Shown here piece after piece: positions 37,859 through 51,600 of a DNA stretch of 64,000 bases (its first letter is position 1; each line of letters begins with the position of its first letter). Where the stretch lies: contig NC_135891.1 of the NCBI RefSeq assembly GCF_964194155.1, forward strand, positions 78,120,001 to 78,184,000, read 5' to 3'. Source of the DNA: Cetorhinus maximus. Its lineage: Eukaryota. Both the position numbers and the translations under genes were made by a program. The notes beneath the pieces were generated by a model. It did no database searches, had not been told where the DNA came from, and saw nothing but the letters and a program-made list of their open reading frames with translations.

Positions 37859-38298
37859 AATAAACCAAAGACAAATGTGCCTTGAGGTGTTTGTGATTGA
37901 TGAAATATGGAGTAGCAAGGGTCAACTAAACAAGTGGTGTTTAATGGAATCTCCCTAATGAGAAGGACATGGTGGAAACTGAAGCTAAACTGTCAGACAT
38001 AGCAGCTAATCTAACCTACAGCATCTAGTTTTTAGCTGGCTAAAGGTACTTTAAATTGTTAAGGATGTCAGTTAGGCTTTTGTACACTTTTTTTTGCTTG
38101 TAGATTAGGCCTTTGAGATTTAGGTCTAGGAAAGAATGCATGTGCCTTTTTTCCACAACTGTAGCACCCAGTAAAATCATTTAGACATGCTGCAGCAGCT
38201 AGTGCATGAGGAATGCTCTCTACAGGAAGAAATGAGACTTTCAGGAAGGAAGACCAGCTTATTATTTAAGTTACATACTAACTTTGCCTCTACATCTG

Positions 38299-41200
38299 AG
38301 TCATTGTCATAAGAGGTCTATGGCACAAAGTTCCTTCAGTCCAAATGTGTGCCTGTGAAACAAGTCCCAACTATTTTAATTCCATTTTCCAGCACTAGGC
38401 AGTAGTGCACATCCAAATATTTAAATGTTAGGTGGGTTTCTGCCTTTACCACCCTTTCAGGCAGTGAGTTCCAGATTCCCACCACCCTCTGGGTGAAAGA
38501 TTTCTTCCTCACATCCCCTCTAAACCTCTTGCCCCTCATCTTAAATCTATGCCCCCTGGATATTGAGCCCTCCACCAAAGGGTAGACAGGAAGGAACTTC
38601 ACCCTATCTATGACACTCATAATTTAATGTTCTTACCCCCCCCCACCCCCCAAAATCTCCTCTGCTCCAAAGAAAATAACCACAGTCTACCCAATTCCTA
38701 CTTATAACTAAAACTCTCCAGCCCAGGCAACATCTTAGTAAATCTACTTTGCACTCTCTCTAGTGCAATCACATCCTTTCTATAACACAGATTCTGGAAT
38801 TGCATGCAATACTCCAGCTGTGGCCTAACCTGTGTTTTATACAGTTCCAGCAGAACCTCCCTGCTTTAAGATTCTGTGCTTCAGCTAATACAGGCAAGTA
38901 CCCCATATGTGTTCTTTAACAACTTATCTACCTGTCCTGCTACCTTAAGGGATCATGGACCTTGCTCTGATCCTTGCTACTTCCCAGGGTCCTACCATTC
39001 ATCATGTATTCCCATGTCTTGTTTGTCCTGCCCAAATGCATCACTTCACATTTATCCTGATTAAATTCCATTTGCCACTGATCAACCCACCTGACCAGCC
39101 CGTCTATATCCTCCTGTATTCTAAGGCTATCCTCCTCACTATTTATCACAATCACAAACAGCAAGGGACCAAACACCAATCCCTGTGGAGCCCCACTGGA
39201 CACAGGTATACAGTCGCAAAAAACATCCCTCGACCATCATCCTCTGTTTCCTGCTACTCCACCAATTCTGGGGCCAAATTGCCTCGTCTCCCATGGGCTC
39301 TTGCCTTCATTATCAGTCTCCTATGTACTGCCTTATCAAAAGCCTTGCTGAAGTCTAAGTCGACCACATCAAATGCGTTGCCCTCATCTGCACACCTGGT
39401 CACTTTTTTGAAAAATTCAATCAAATTAGTAAGACATAACCTCCCCTTAAAACCATGCTGACTCTGCTAGATTAATCCCTGCCTCTCCAAGCGTAGGATA
39501 ATTCTGTCACTTGGAATTGTTTCCAATATTTTCCCCACCACTGAGATTAGACTGACTGGCCTGATTTATCACTTCCGCTTCTTGAATAATGGTACCACAC
39601 TGGCTGTCCTCCAGTCCTCTGGCACCTCTCCAGTGGCCAGAGAGGCATTGAAAATTATTGCCAGCACCCCTGTTATCTCCACCCTTGACTCACTCAACAG
39701 CCTGGGACACATTTCATCTGGGTCTGGGGATTTATCTACTTTTAAGCTTGTCAGACCACTTAGAACCTCTTCCCTTTCTATGCTAATTCCTTTAATTATA
39801 TCACACTCCTCCTGCCTGATTTCCCTACCCACGTCATCCCTTTCACTTGTGAACACTGACACAAAGTATTCATTTAGAACCCTACCTACGTCTTCCAGCT
39901 CCACACACAAATTACCACTATGGTCCTTAATGGGCCCTACACTTGTCCTAGTCATGCCCCCTTTTTGCTCTCCTAATTTCATTTTGAAGCTCCCCCTACA
40001 CATTCTACACTCCTCTCAGGCTTCTGTTATTTTGAGCCCTCGGGATCTGCCATAAGCCTCCCTTTTACCCTTTTTGCAATTCTGTATATCCCTCGACATC
40101 CAGGGTTCCCTGGATTTGTCGGTCCCACCCTTTATCTTTACTGGAATATGTTGGCCCTGCACTCTCCCCACTTCCTTCTTGAATGAGTCCCACTGCTCTG
40201 ATGCAGATTTACCTAAAAGTAGCTGCTCCCAGTCCACTCTGGCCAAATCATATCTGATCTTGTTAAAATCGGCCTACCCCCAATTTAGAACTCTGATTTC
40301 TGGCCCATCCTTGTCCTTTTCCACAACAGCCTTGAATCTAACGGAGTTATGATCATTATCTGTAAAATGCTCCCCCACTGATACCTTTACCACTTGCCCG
40401 GCTTCATTCCCTAAAATTAAGTCCAGGACTGCCTCCTCTCTTGTCGAGCATTCTACGTATTGGCTTAAAAAGCGCTCCTGGATGCATTTTAAGAATTCCG
40501 CTCCCTCTAAACCTATCACACTATGACTAACCCAGTTAATGTTGGGGAAGTTGAAATGCCCCACTATTACTACCCTATTATTTTTACACTTCTCTGAAAT
40601 TTGCCTACATATCTGCTCTTTTATTTCTCTCTGATTGTTTGGGGGCCTATAGTGCACTCCCAGCTATGTGATTGCTCCTTTTTTGTTTTCCAGATCTACC
40701 CATATGGCTTCATTTGAGGTGCCTTCTAAGATATCATCCCTCCTTACTGCTGTAATTGATTCCTTCATATATATTGTGATACCCACTCCGCTTTTGCCTC
40801 CTTCCCTGTCTCGCCTGAAGACCCTATATCCTGGAAAATTTAGCTGCCAATCCTGCCCCTCTCTCCATGTCTCCATGACAGCAATGACATGTGTGAATTT
40901 GTGCTCTCAACTCATTTGCCTTATTCGTCAGACTTCTTGCATTAAAGTAAAGACCATCCAATCTTGCCAAACTCCCTTGTGCCATAACTGGCCTATAATG
41001 TCTATGCCTTCCAGACCCACTTGCTCCCTTTTCTAATTATGGCTGTGCATCTCCCCCTGCTGAACCTCCTCTCAGGATCCCATTCCCCTGCCAAGTTAGT
41101 TTAAACCCTCCCGAACAGCACTAGCAAACCTCCCCACAAGGATTTTGGCCCCTTTCCGGTTCAGGTGCAACCCGTCCACCCTGTACAGGTCCCACTGACC

Positions 41201-42828
41201 CCAGAAATGGTCCCAAAGTCCCAGAAATCTAAAGCCCTCCTTCCTGCACCATCTCTCCAGCCACGCATTCATCTGGATTAACCTCCTATTTCTATACTCA
41301 CTAGCGCGTGGCACTGGAAATAATCCAGAGATTACTACCTTTGAGGTCTTGTTTTTTTAATCTGCTTCCTAGCTCCCTAATTTTTGCTTGCAGGAACTCA
41401 CCCCTCTTACTACCTATGTTGTTGGTGCCAATATGTACCACAATCTCTGTCTGCTTGCCCTCCCCCTTTAGACTGCCCTGCAGCCGTTCAGTGACATCCT
41501 TGACCCTGGCACCATGGAGGCAACATACCATCCTGGAGTCATGTCTACGGCTGCATAAATGCCTGTCTGTTACCCTTACAATCGAGTGTCCTACCACTAT
41601 TGCTCTTTCCCTCTTTTTCCTCCCCCCGTGTGCAGCTGAGCCACTCACAGTGCCATGAGCATGGCTGCACTCCCCAGAGGAACCATCAGTCTCACCGTTT
41701 TCCAGCACAGAAAAACGGTTCTCGAGCGAGATGCACCCTGGGGATTTCCTGACTACCTGCCTGACACCTTTCTCCTGATTGATGGTCACCCATTCCCTCT
41801 CTGTCTGCACTTCTGTAAGCTGTGGGGAGACCACGTCTAAGTACGTGCTATCCATGAACCTCAGCCTCGCGGATGCACCTCAGTGTCTCCAGCTGCCGCT
41901 CAAGCTCCAAAACTCGGAGGTCAAGTAGCTGCAGCTGGTGGCACTTCCTGCACACGTGGTCGGTCAGAGGGCAAGGAGCGACTAGGACTTTCCACATGTT
42001 GCAGGCGGTACAGAACACGTGACTGAGCTGCCCTGCCATGCCTCTAATTGAATAAAAACCTTTACTTTAAGTTAAACACAGTAAAAAAAGTTAAATTATT
42101 TATGGTCTTTAAATAAAAACTATAACTCTTACCTTTCGTTAGGTTAATCTGTTTTAAAATGGAGAAAAAAGGCTTACCCACTACTCACCAATCAGCTCTC
42201 ACTTTGTGCTGACGTCACTTCTTGAAGCTTCCCTGCATTCACGTTGATTTTGATCTCTCCGCTGCTCTCTCGCGCTGTGTTGTGATGTAACTCTCGTTGT
42301 TTTCAACAAGAACTGACTGCAGGACACTCTTCCCAGACTGCTTCACTACGATGCTGACTGCAGGACACTCTTCCCAGACTGCTTCTCCGCAATGCTGACT
42401 GCAGGACACTCTTCCCAGACTGCTTCACCGCGATGCTGACTGCAGGACACTCTGCCCAGACTGCTTCACCCGATGCTGACTGCAGGACACTCTTCCCAGA
42501 CTGCTTCACCGCGATGCTGACTGCAGGACACTCTTCCCAGGCTGCTTCACCGCGATGCTGACTGCAGGACACTCTTCCCAGACTGCTTCACCACGATGCT
42601 GACTGCAAGACACTCTTCCCAGACTGCTTCACCGCGATGCTGACTGCAGGATACTCTTCCCAGACTGCTTCACCGCGATGCTGACTGCAGGACACTCTTC
42701 CCAGACTGCTTCACCCGATGCTGACTGCAGGACACTCTTCCCAGACTGCTTCACCGTGATGCTGACTGCAGGACACTCTTCCCAGACTGCCTCACCGTGA
42801 TGCTGACTGTAGGACACCCTTCCCAGAC
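38299..42828 (-). mobile_element. Near full-length degenerate CR1-type LINE downstream of copy 3 (duplicate of 20861-25140, same insertion site)
   Basis: Near-identical ORF1 N-terminus at 41848-42039, esterase motifs (IVVHIGTNNIG, DGLHLNRKG), EN/RT fragments, and the same flanks on both sides. Confidence 0.9.
42313..42828. repeat. 41-bp tandem repeat, about 12.6 units, at the CR1 5' end
   Basis: Unit starts at 42313, 42354, 42395, 42436, 42476, 42517, 42558, 42599, 42640, 42681, 42721, 42762 and 42803. Two units are 40 bp. Confidence 0.95.
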
Positions 42829-45636
42829 GAGCTCTCTAACGAGAAAATATTATGTTTTCAGTATTTACTTTGCATTGCTTTTACGTAGTTACTTGAAAAG
42901 CCTTGATCAATTATGCAGGGATGACCAGTGCAGATGGTCAAGTGCATGTGAGTTTGTGGAGAGTATTGTGATACCAGGTAATCTGGATCCTGGAGCCGTC
43001 AGTTCAGTGTTTGAGCCAACCTTGGGTACAAACATTGCAGGGCATCAGGGGGAGTTATCTGAATGCTTTGAGGGAGGCTGTAAGACTGAATCCTACAGCA
43101 CAGAATGAGATCATCAGCCTGCCTACACTAGCTATTTGAACAAGCTAAGCCAATTTGTACCATTTTACCCCCACCCTAACACTGGGTCAGGTAGTCCAGA
43201 ACATCTTCGATCTCCAAGACCAGTAGTAACATGTTTAGTTTTGTTTGCAATCTGAAAACCCATATATTTACTGAAAGATTGAAGTTGCAAGGTTCATAGT
43301 TTAAAGCACAAATAAAAGAACATGCTTACTTAACTATTTAAGTATCTGTTTAAGATACTTAAAACACAATGAACAGTCACTTGTACTCTAAACCAAGCTT
43401 CTTAACTCCATCTTCCTGCTGCGTAAGTGTGACCACCTCTGGTCTGAACTCTCCTGGTTCTAATTTAGCTCTGGAGTCTTGTCTCTTCCCCCTCACCCTC
43501 TCCACAGTTTTAATCTGTTAGCCAACACAAGATTTCCACTGAATGCTGTATGAAAGATATGTCCTGCACCAAGCTTGTTTCTAAAAACCCTGTTTGACAC
43601 AACCACATCTAGGAGCCTACTTACCCCGATAATTGCATTGACACTTTCTATTGTTTATCTCCCAGGTGACCTGGTCACAATCATTTGCTGGAAGCAATGT
43701 CCTTTACCAGAGTCCCTTTCTGACAACCCAATTCGAAAAGGATCACGGCTCAAACATAGAACAGTTTTTTTCCTGGAAACAAACACGCATGGGCCATCAC
43801 AGGCAGGAAGGTGAGTGTGAGCCAGGCAGGCACAGGGACCTCTGATGTAACACTGGAGGTGCTTTGCTGTCCAATCAACAGGTGCAAAATTCTTGCTGTG
43901 TGCATGTATTTAAAAACAACATGGTAATAGAAAAGCTGTCTGTGGTACAGGAGGCCATTCAAGTGGAGGTGTTAAAAGAAATATAAATATAGTCAAATGA
44001 CAGATACTGTCCTCTACAAGCACAACAAGCTATATTGCCTGCTTCTTACCAGGATTCACTCTGTGGGGAAACAGGGTTTGCCTCACCAATGGCGACAGTC
44101 TGGGGAAAGGGAGTGTTGTTCTGTTGAACAGGCTCAATGCAAAACAAGCTGAGACAAGTATCCTGGTGAATTGAACGGTTATGGTGGTGGGGAGGGAGAA
44201 GATGAAGTTCTAGTCTTCCCCCCAAAAGAGGAAAACTGCTCCTGGTATCCATCCAATCAATCCCCTCAGGATCCTCTATGTTTCAAAAAGTTCACCTCTC
44301 ATTCTTCTAAACTCCAATGAATAGAGGCCCAACCTGTTCAAACTTTCTTCATAAGGTAAGCTCTTCATCCCATGGATGAATCGAGTGAACTTTTTCTGAA
44401 TTGCTTCAAATGTTTTTTTCAAATAAGGAGATGCAAAACTGTAGACACTATTCCAGATGTGGTGTCATCAAAGACCTGTACAGCTGCAGTAAAACTTCAC
44501 TACTTTTATATTCCATTCCTCTTGAAATAAATCACATAATTGTTATAGTGCAGCATGAGGCCATTCGGCCAATTGTATTTGTACCAGCCTCTCAACACAG
44601 GGCCATCTGTTATTTGTTTCCATGTTGTGCTTTCACAGAGCGCTGACCCTTGTTCTGCTATTAACACATTCTGCTCTCTTACCTTTATGCCACTATCAGC
44701 ACCTTCTTTACTCTTCACCATGACCATTAACACTCCCTTTGCCTTGTGTCCATGACATCTTTGACAATCTCTCCTTAGCTGTCACCTATCCCTGACCTGC
44801 TATCTCATTCCACTTGCTCCACCCCCTCTTTAATAGTATAAAATCCATCATATTTCTACTTCTCTTTATCTCTGACGAAGGGTCATACAGACTCAAAAAA
44901 TTAACTCTGTTTCTCTCCACAGGTGCTACCAGACCTGCTGAGTTTTTCCAGTATTTTCTGTGATTAAATGTGTTCCTGGAGGTTTCATCACATGACTTTC
45001 CCCCACACAGCAGCCATTAGTCGGCCAACACATCCATCTTTGTGATGTACTGCCTTTCTACGTCAATGAAAGGAAAAAGGCTCATTACCCAAACGGATGA
45101 GGCTTGACTCTCAGCCAAACAGCCTTTTACCCCCCAGCTTCAATATTTTTATATCTGGGATGGAGAAATATTGAAAGAAAATTTAAAAAGAACTGTCTCT
45201 TTTATGATTTGTCTCCAGATTTGCACAGCCGTGTCTTGGAGATTGATCTTCAATTTGTGGAGACTCCAGGCCAATCCTGGAGGGTTGGCAACCCGAACCT
45301 ACAGTAGCGCACTATAGGGAGATGGTGGTGCCATTATACATCTGTCTATATTTCGCTTTCATATCCCGCAGGGAGGCTCCAAGTGTAACTTTCTATACTG
45401 GAACAGACTTGAGTGCCCGGGGGTCAGTTGCTAAAGTGTCATTTGGAGCAGGAATCTAGCACTAACCCTGGGGAAGCAGTGGAGACGGGCTGACGGCTCG
45501 GACTTATTAAACATGCTGAATACCTTCCCGGGTAACCCGTGGGACAGGGAGCCGCCCCAATGGGATTGGCCCCCAGTTCCCGGCTATAAAACGGGCTGGT
45601 GTGCGGGGATGTGATTATCCTGGTTCAGTAACCGAG

Positions 45637-48600
45637 ATGGGACGTTGGGTGTTTTGTTGGTCTCTCTGCTTCTTAGCCGGGTCTTTACTCCCAGCCCAGC
45701 CGCCACTTCTCGGGGATGATGTTTGTGTCCCAGAGCCAGGCTGGAGATTTGAGTGCGGACACCCTGGGATCAGCAGCAGTGAGTGTACCAGTCAGGGTTG
45801 CTGCTTTGACCTGCAGAGCCCCAATGACCACCCCTGTTTCTACAGCCCAGGTAAGAAATCCTCTCACGATTCTGGGGGGAAATACTAGGGGAGAGAGGAG
45901 AAAATCTAACTTGTAAATCAGGAGCTAATCCAGGGATTTATTGCTGTCTCATTGTGTAATGCAGAAAGGTAGGAATGGATGTAGTCCTCGGCTTGAGTCC
46001 TGACTGAAGCAGCTGACTAGATTGTGCTGGTTGTGGTTTCCATAATGAAACTGATTGTTCCTCGGGGTGGGGGAATTCTTTTACTGGGTGAAAAGAATCT
46101 TGGGCATGGTGAGAAAATGGTAACTTTCTAGAACGTCTGCAGAGATTACAAATGAGTGACCTTATACTAATGCTGAGGTATTTATCCCTTTAGTGGAATC
46201 CTAATAGGACATTTTAGCCCTTGATGGCAGTAAATAGCAAACCTGTGAATTTTTCCCTCCAATTTTTGAAGTGTAGGTCACATTTACTCAGTCATGCTGC
46301 TTGGAATAGTCTATAGATTTCCAAACAGAGGTGTGGAAGAACAAATCTGAAGGGAATTCACAGGTGTGCAACAATGGTGATTTTGGGGGACTTTAACATT
46401 ACACTGTACACCAAACAATATGTGGAAAATTAATAAAGTGGAGGAATTCCTGAACTATGTTCAAGAGCACTACTGTGATCAGTGTTCCTGGCCCAAATAG
46501 GCAAGAGGTGTTGCTGGATCTGGGGCTGGAAAAAGAGTTGGGCCAATTAGGCAGTGTCTCTGGGGAGCATCTGGGTAAGAGTGATCATTGCATCACAGGG
46601 TTTAGATTAATAATGACAAAGAGGAACAATCTAATACAGAACTTCAGAATTGGAATAGAGTGCACTTCAATGCAGTGAGGAAGGATGGCACTGTAGACTG
46701 ACAGGAGAATTTAACAGAACATGGGTGACCTTTAAAGATGAGATTCTTCAGGTGAATGCTAGGTGCATTCCTATAACAGTGAAAGTTAAGGGAGCCAAAA
46801 CCAGTTGCTTGGATGCTGGGGATAAGAGGGTGTATGGTGCCTGTTGGGTGACTTTTCCTTTTTTTATTTAAAAACAAAAGTGACATACAATAGGTTGAGG
46901 TGAAGAAGAGAATGAGACTAGAAGAGGCATTGAGAATAGAATGGCAGTCTATGTAAAAGGAGCTCTGATCTTCTACCAGCAGGTAAATGGTAAGAGTAAG
47001 TGCCTCCATGTTCTTCGGAGGTGCAAGGCTAGAATACCTGAGCACCAATACAAAGTGCTCACTGTTAAAGAAGAGGAATCTCTTTGAATATTGGTAGAAA
47101 TGAAGGCAATGGATAATGTGGAAATTGAAAGGGAGGAGGTACTGGAAAGGTTGGCTATGCTTAGAGTGTTAAATCACCCAGTCAGATGGCTTGCATTGTA
47201 GGTTGTTAAAGGAAATGGAGGTGGAGACAGATTATGGTAAACCCTTTCACTTTTGATTCCCCTAAATCTGGGTAGATGTTGCAGGATTGGAATGTGATGC
47301 CCTTATTCTGTAAGTCTGAGTGACATGACAATTAAAATAACAACATAATTTAATTTTTTCTTGATTAAAGATTCCAAAACCTTAACAGATGCTTGGTGAG
47401 GCTAGAAATTAAGGATAAATGGCGTTTATCGGGTAAAAAGGCAGTTTGTGTTTGAGGGAGTGTAGTGAATGCTGACTGTAGATTTTAAGAAAGCATTTGA
47501 CAAAAGGCTGGTTAATGAAGAATTGGATCTTCCTGGAAGAAGTCAGCAGAATGGGCAGAGAAGTGACAGATGGTATTGGAAGTGAAGTGGTGCATTTTGG
47601 CAGAAGGATTAGGGAGGCAATTCTGAAGTGTGTGGGGACTTGGGGAAGGGGGTGCATGTGAATCTATTGAGGATGACAGGGTGTAGAGTAATGAGTAAAG
47701 TACATGGGATCTTGGGCTTTCTGTGCCCAAAAGCAGGTAAGTTGTGACAAACTTTCACAAATCTTTGGTTAGGCCATAACTATTCCAGTTTTCGGTGGCA
47801 TGTGAAGATTCTTAAGGGTGCAGAGGTGACCTAACTAAGATTCTGGGGTTGGTGTTGGAAAGGCTCGGTGGTTTGGAGCAAAAGATATTCACAGAATCTC
47901 AGTGCAGAGGAGGCCCTTCGGCCCATCGAACCTGCACGGACATGTGAGAAACACCTGACCTACCTACCTAATCCTATTTACCAGCACTTGGCCTATAGCC
48001 TTGAATATTATGACGTGCCAAGTGCTCATCCAGGTACATTTTTAAAGGATGTAAGGCAACCCGCCTCCACCACCCTCCCAGGCAGCGCATTCCAGACTGT
48101 CACCACCCTCTGGGTACAAAAGTTTTCCTCCCATCTTCTCCACCGCCCCCCAACCAAACCTCCTGCCCCTCACCTTGAACTTATGTCCCCTCGTGACTGA
48201 CCCTTCAACTAAGGTGAACAGCTGCTCCCTATCCACCCTGTCCATGCCCCTCATAATCTTGTACACCTTGATCAGGTCGCCCCTCAGCCTTCTCTGCTCC
48301 AATGAAAACAACCCAAATCTATACAACCTCTCGTCATAACTTAAATGTTTCATCCCAGGCAACATCCTGGTGAATCTCCTCTGCACCCCCTCCAGTGCAA
48401 TCACATCCTTCCTATAATGTGGAAACCAGAACTGCTCACAGTGCTCCAGCTGTGGCCTCAACAAGGTTCTATACAACTCCAACATGGCCTCCCTACTTTT
48501 GTAATCTATGCCTCGAATGATAAAGGCAAGTGTCCTATATGCCTTTTTCACTACCCCGCTAATATGCCCCTCTGCCTGCAGAGATCTATGGACACACACG

Positions 48601-51600
48601 CCAAGTTCCCTTTGTTCCTCAGAACTTCCTTGTGTCATGCCATTCATGGAATACTTCCTTGTCAAATTACTCCTTCCAAAGTGTATCACCTCACTTTTCA
48701 GGGTTAAATTCCATCTGCCACTTATCTGCCCATTTGACCATTCCGTCCATATCTTCCTGTAGCCCAAGACCCAACCTCACTATTAGCCACCCGGCCAATC
48801 TTTGTGTCATCCGCAAACTTACTAATCCTACCCCCCACATAGTCATCTATGTCGTTTATATAAATGACAAATAATAGGGGACCAAGCACAGATTCCTGTG
48901 GTACGCCACTGGACACTGGCTTCCAGTCACCCTCTGTTTTCTGCAACTAAGCCAATTTTGAATCCACCTCATTGAATTACCCAGTATCCCATATGCATTT
49001 GCCTTCTTTATATGTCTCCCATGTGGGACCTTGTCAAAGGCTTTGTTGAAATTCATATAAACGACATCAACTGCACTACCCTCATCTACACACTTGGTCA
49101 CCGTCTCAAAAAATTCAATCAAATTTGTTAGGCATGACCTCCCTCTGAAGCCATGCTGACTATCCCTGATCAAACCTTGCCTCCAAGTGGAGATAGATAT
49201 ACTCCTTCAGGATTTTCTCCAATAGTTTCCCTACCACTGATGTGAGACTCATTGGTCTGTAGTTCCTTGGCTTGTCCCTACAACCCTTCTTAAATAGTGG
49301 AACCACATTAGTTGTTCTCCAGTCCTCTGGCACCTACCCCGTGGCCAGAGAGGAATTGAAAATTTGGGTCAGAGCCCCTGCGATCTCCTCCCTTGCCTCC
49401 CTCAGCAGTTTGGGGGACAAATCATCTGGACCTGGAGATTTGTCCACTTTTAAGCCTGTCAACATCTCCAATACCTTGTCATTCCCTATATCAATTTGCT
49501 CTCTCTCTCCCCGAGTTCCGTACCTTGTGTGGATTTCGGTTGTACAAAATTATAATGGGCCCAGATAAGATAGACCAGAGGACTGGTCCCATTAACTGAT
49601 CCTAAGGACTAGGGGCATAGATTTAGGATCATGATCAAGGGAATGTGAGGATGTTTTTATTTTTTGCAGCAAGTGGTAGTGCCCTGGAACCCTGCTTGCT
49701 AGGGTGGTGGAAGCAGCAAATATTGTTGTCTTTTTAGAAGAAAATTGGGTGGGCAGTTCGGGATCAAGCTGGGGATTGGGGCTAACTGCACCATGGGAAG
49801 CTTGCACGGACTTGATGAGCTGAATAGTCTCCTGTGCTGTAAGTGACTCTTATGAACTTGTGACTCTTCAGTTGAAATGAAGTTAATTTGTAGAACTGGT
49901 AATCTCTTATATTGAGATGTCTATGGTACTTCAAGGCACTGCGGATCAGTTCAGTTGAGTCACTGCATTAAGGGGATTAGATGAGCTATTTGTGGCCGTG
50001 ACTGAATCCTCCAATGATATGAGGCCCCTAACCACCAATGGGAGTAGTGGAAATGAATTTTCATTCCTTTTTGCAGTGTGCACAGCAGATGAATTTTCAT
50101 CATAGTGATCTCCAAGAATCTGACCCGTCCTGCCCTCAACCTGTCGTCTCTGTATGTGAAAGATGGACAAGAAGCTGAGTGCAGGCCTAAACTAACCACT
50201 GGGCAACTTGTGGCCTTCCGCTTTCCAATCACCTCTTGTGGCTCAAGCAAGTGGGTGAGTATTGAAGGGCCAAGCATTCTCCCAGTAAATGAGGCAGCTT
50301 ACTATTAAACAGTGTCCTCATTACAGGAGGGAAATGGAACCTTGGTGTATGAAATGGCTGTCTTGGGGAAGAGGATGATTCAAACTGGGAAGCTGGGCTC
50401 AATAACCCGGGAAAGCACCTTCCGGTAGGAGGATGGTGGGAGATGTTGGTAAGGGATGGGAGTGGTGGTGATGCATGAAGCTCAACTACTTCTGTTTCTG
50501 TGCAGCCTGAATGTCCAGTGCAAGTACAAGGGGAGGCAGGAAACAGGCTTGCAGATCAATGTCACAGTTTACGCCGTTTCTCCTCCACCTCCTGCTTCTG
50601 AAGATGGGATTTTGAAACTGGAACTGCGAATTGCAAAAGGTAGAGCTGCCCTGGGTAATGGTGAATGGAAGCACTGGGAATGTATCCATACAGGGAGTGA
50701 CTAGTCCTTGTGTCTGCCTTTCAGATGGTGATTACAGATCCTGGTATGTAGATAGTGATTAGCCCATTCAGCATGTTCTTCAGGACCCAATGTTTGTGGA
50801 GGTTCGTGTCCAGGACGCACAGACCCAATGATTGTCCTGAGGTTGCGTGACTGCTTGGCAACTCCTGTCCCAGCCCCAAACCATGAGGTGCAATGGAGTC
50901 TATTGGTGGATGGGTAAGGAGTATGAATGGAAAGACTAATGTTCGAAGTTCATAGTAGTAATGGACAAGGATCAAACTTGTCCTAAATCTGATAAGCAAG
51001 ACTGCTTCCTACTCCAATCACCTGGCAGAGTCAAAACTGAGGGCCCAGGACAATTGAATCCAGTCCAGGAGGCCAAATGAGCCACACTTGGCCAAATGGT
51101 AAAGCAACTTGCCTTCTAACTGATGGAACCTTCACCCATCAGGAACAAGTGTCATGTCTTGATTTGCAGAGCCAGCACCCATTGCACCAGCCAGTGGTGT
51201 ATTCCAGAATATCTACTTCTTAGCAAAATGGGAGAAGCGTGCTATCTATTCTACTTCCTATGTCCTCTTGCAAACAGACATCCTACAGTGCTTTTTTGAC
51301 ACTCTTCAGGAATGAATGGTCACTGATCAATGTGTGGTTGAGGTCCCTTAAATTGGGTATCGTACAGGCTCAGGAGCTCTGTACCCCTAAAAGTGGTTCT
51401 AGTAATCTAGACAGTAATCATTCTAAATGGGTATGCCTTAATTTTGCGCTGAATAACTTCAGTAATGTAATTGAATATATTTTGTTTTGGCTCCAGTTTA
51501 TCTCCAGTAGTCATGAACATTGCTATCCTTCAGTATTATTCCACTACACTGGGAAAGCCAAATGGGTAACCCGGCTTTAGAACAATGGAGGAAAGTAATT

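Noticed and set aside
42313-42828. Regular 41-bp repeats as a CRISPR array or a repeat-protein ORF (42303-42572, minus)
   Set aside because: The units are contiguous with no unique spacers, the context is eukaryotic, and 41 is not a multiple of 3, so the ORFs are by-products of the minisatellite.
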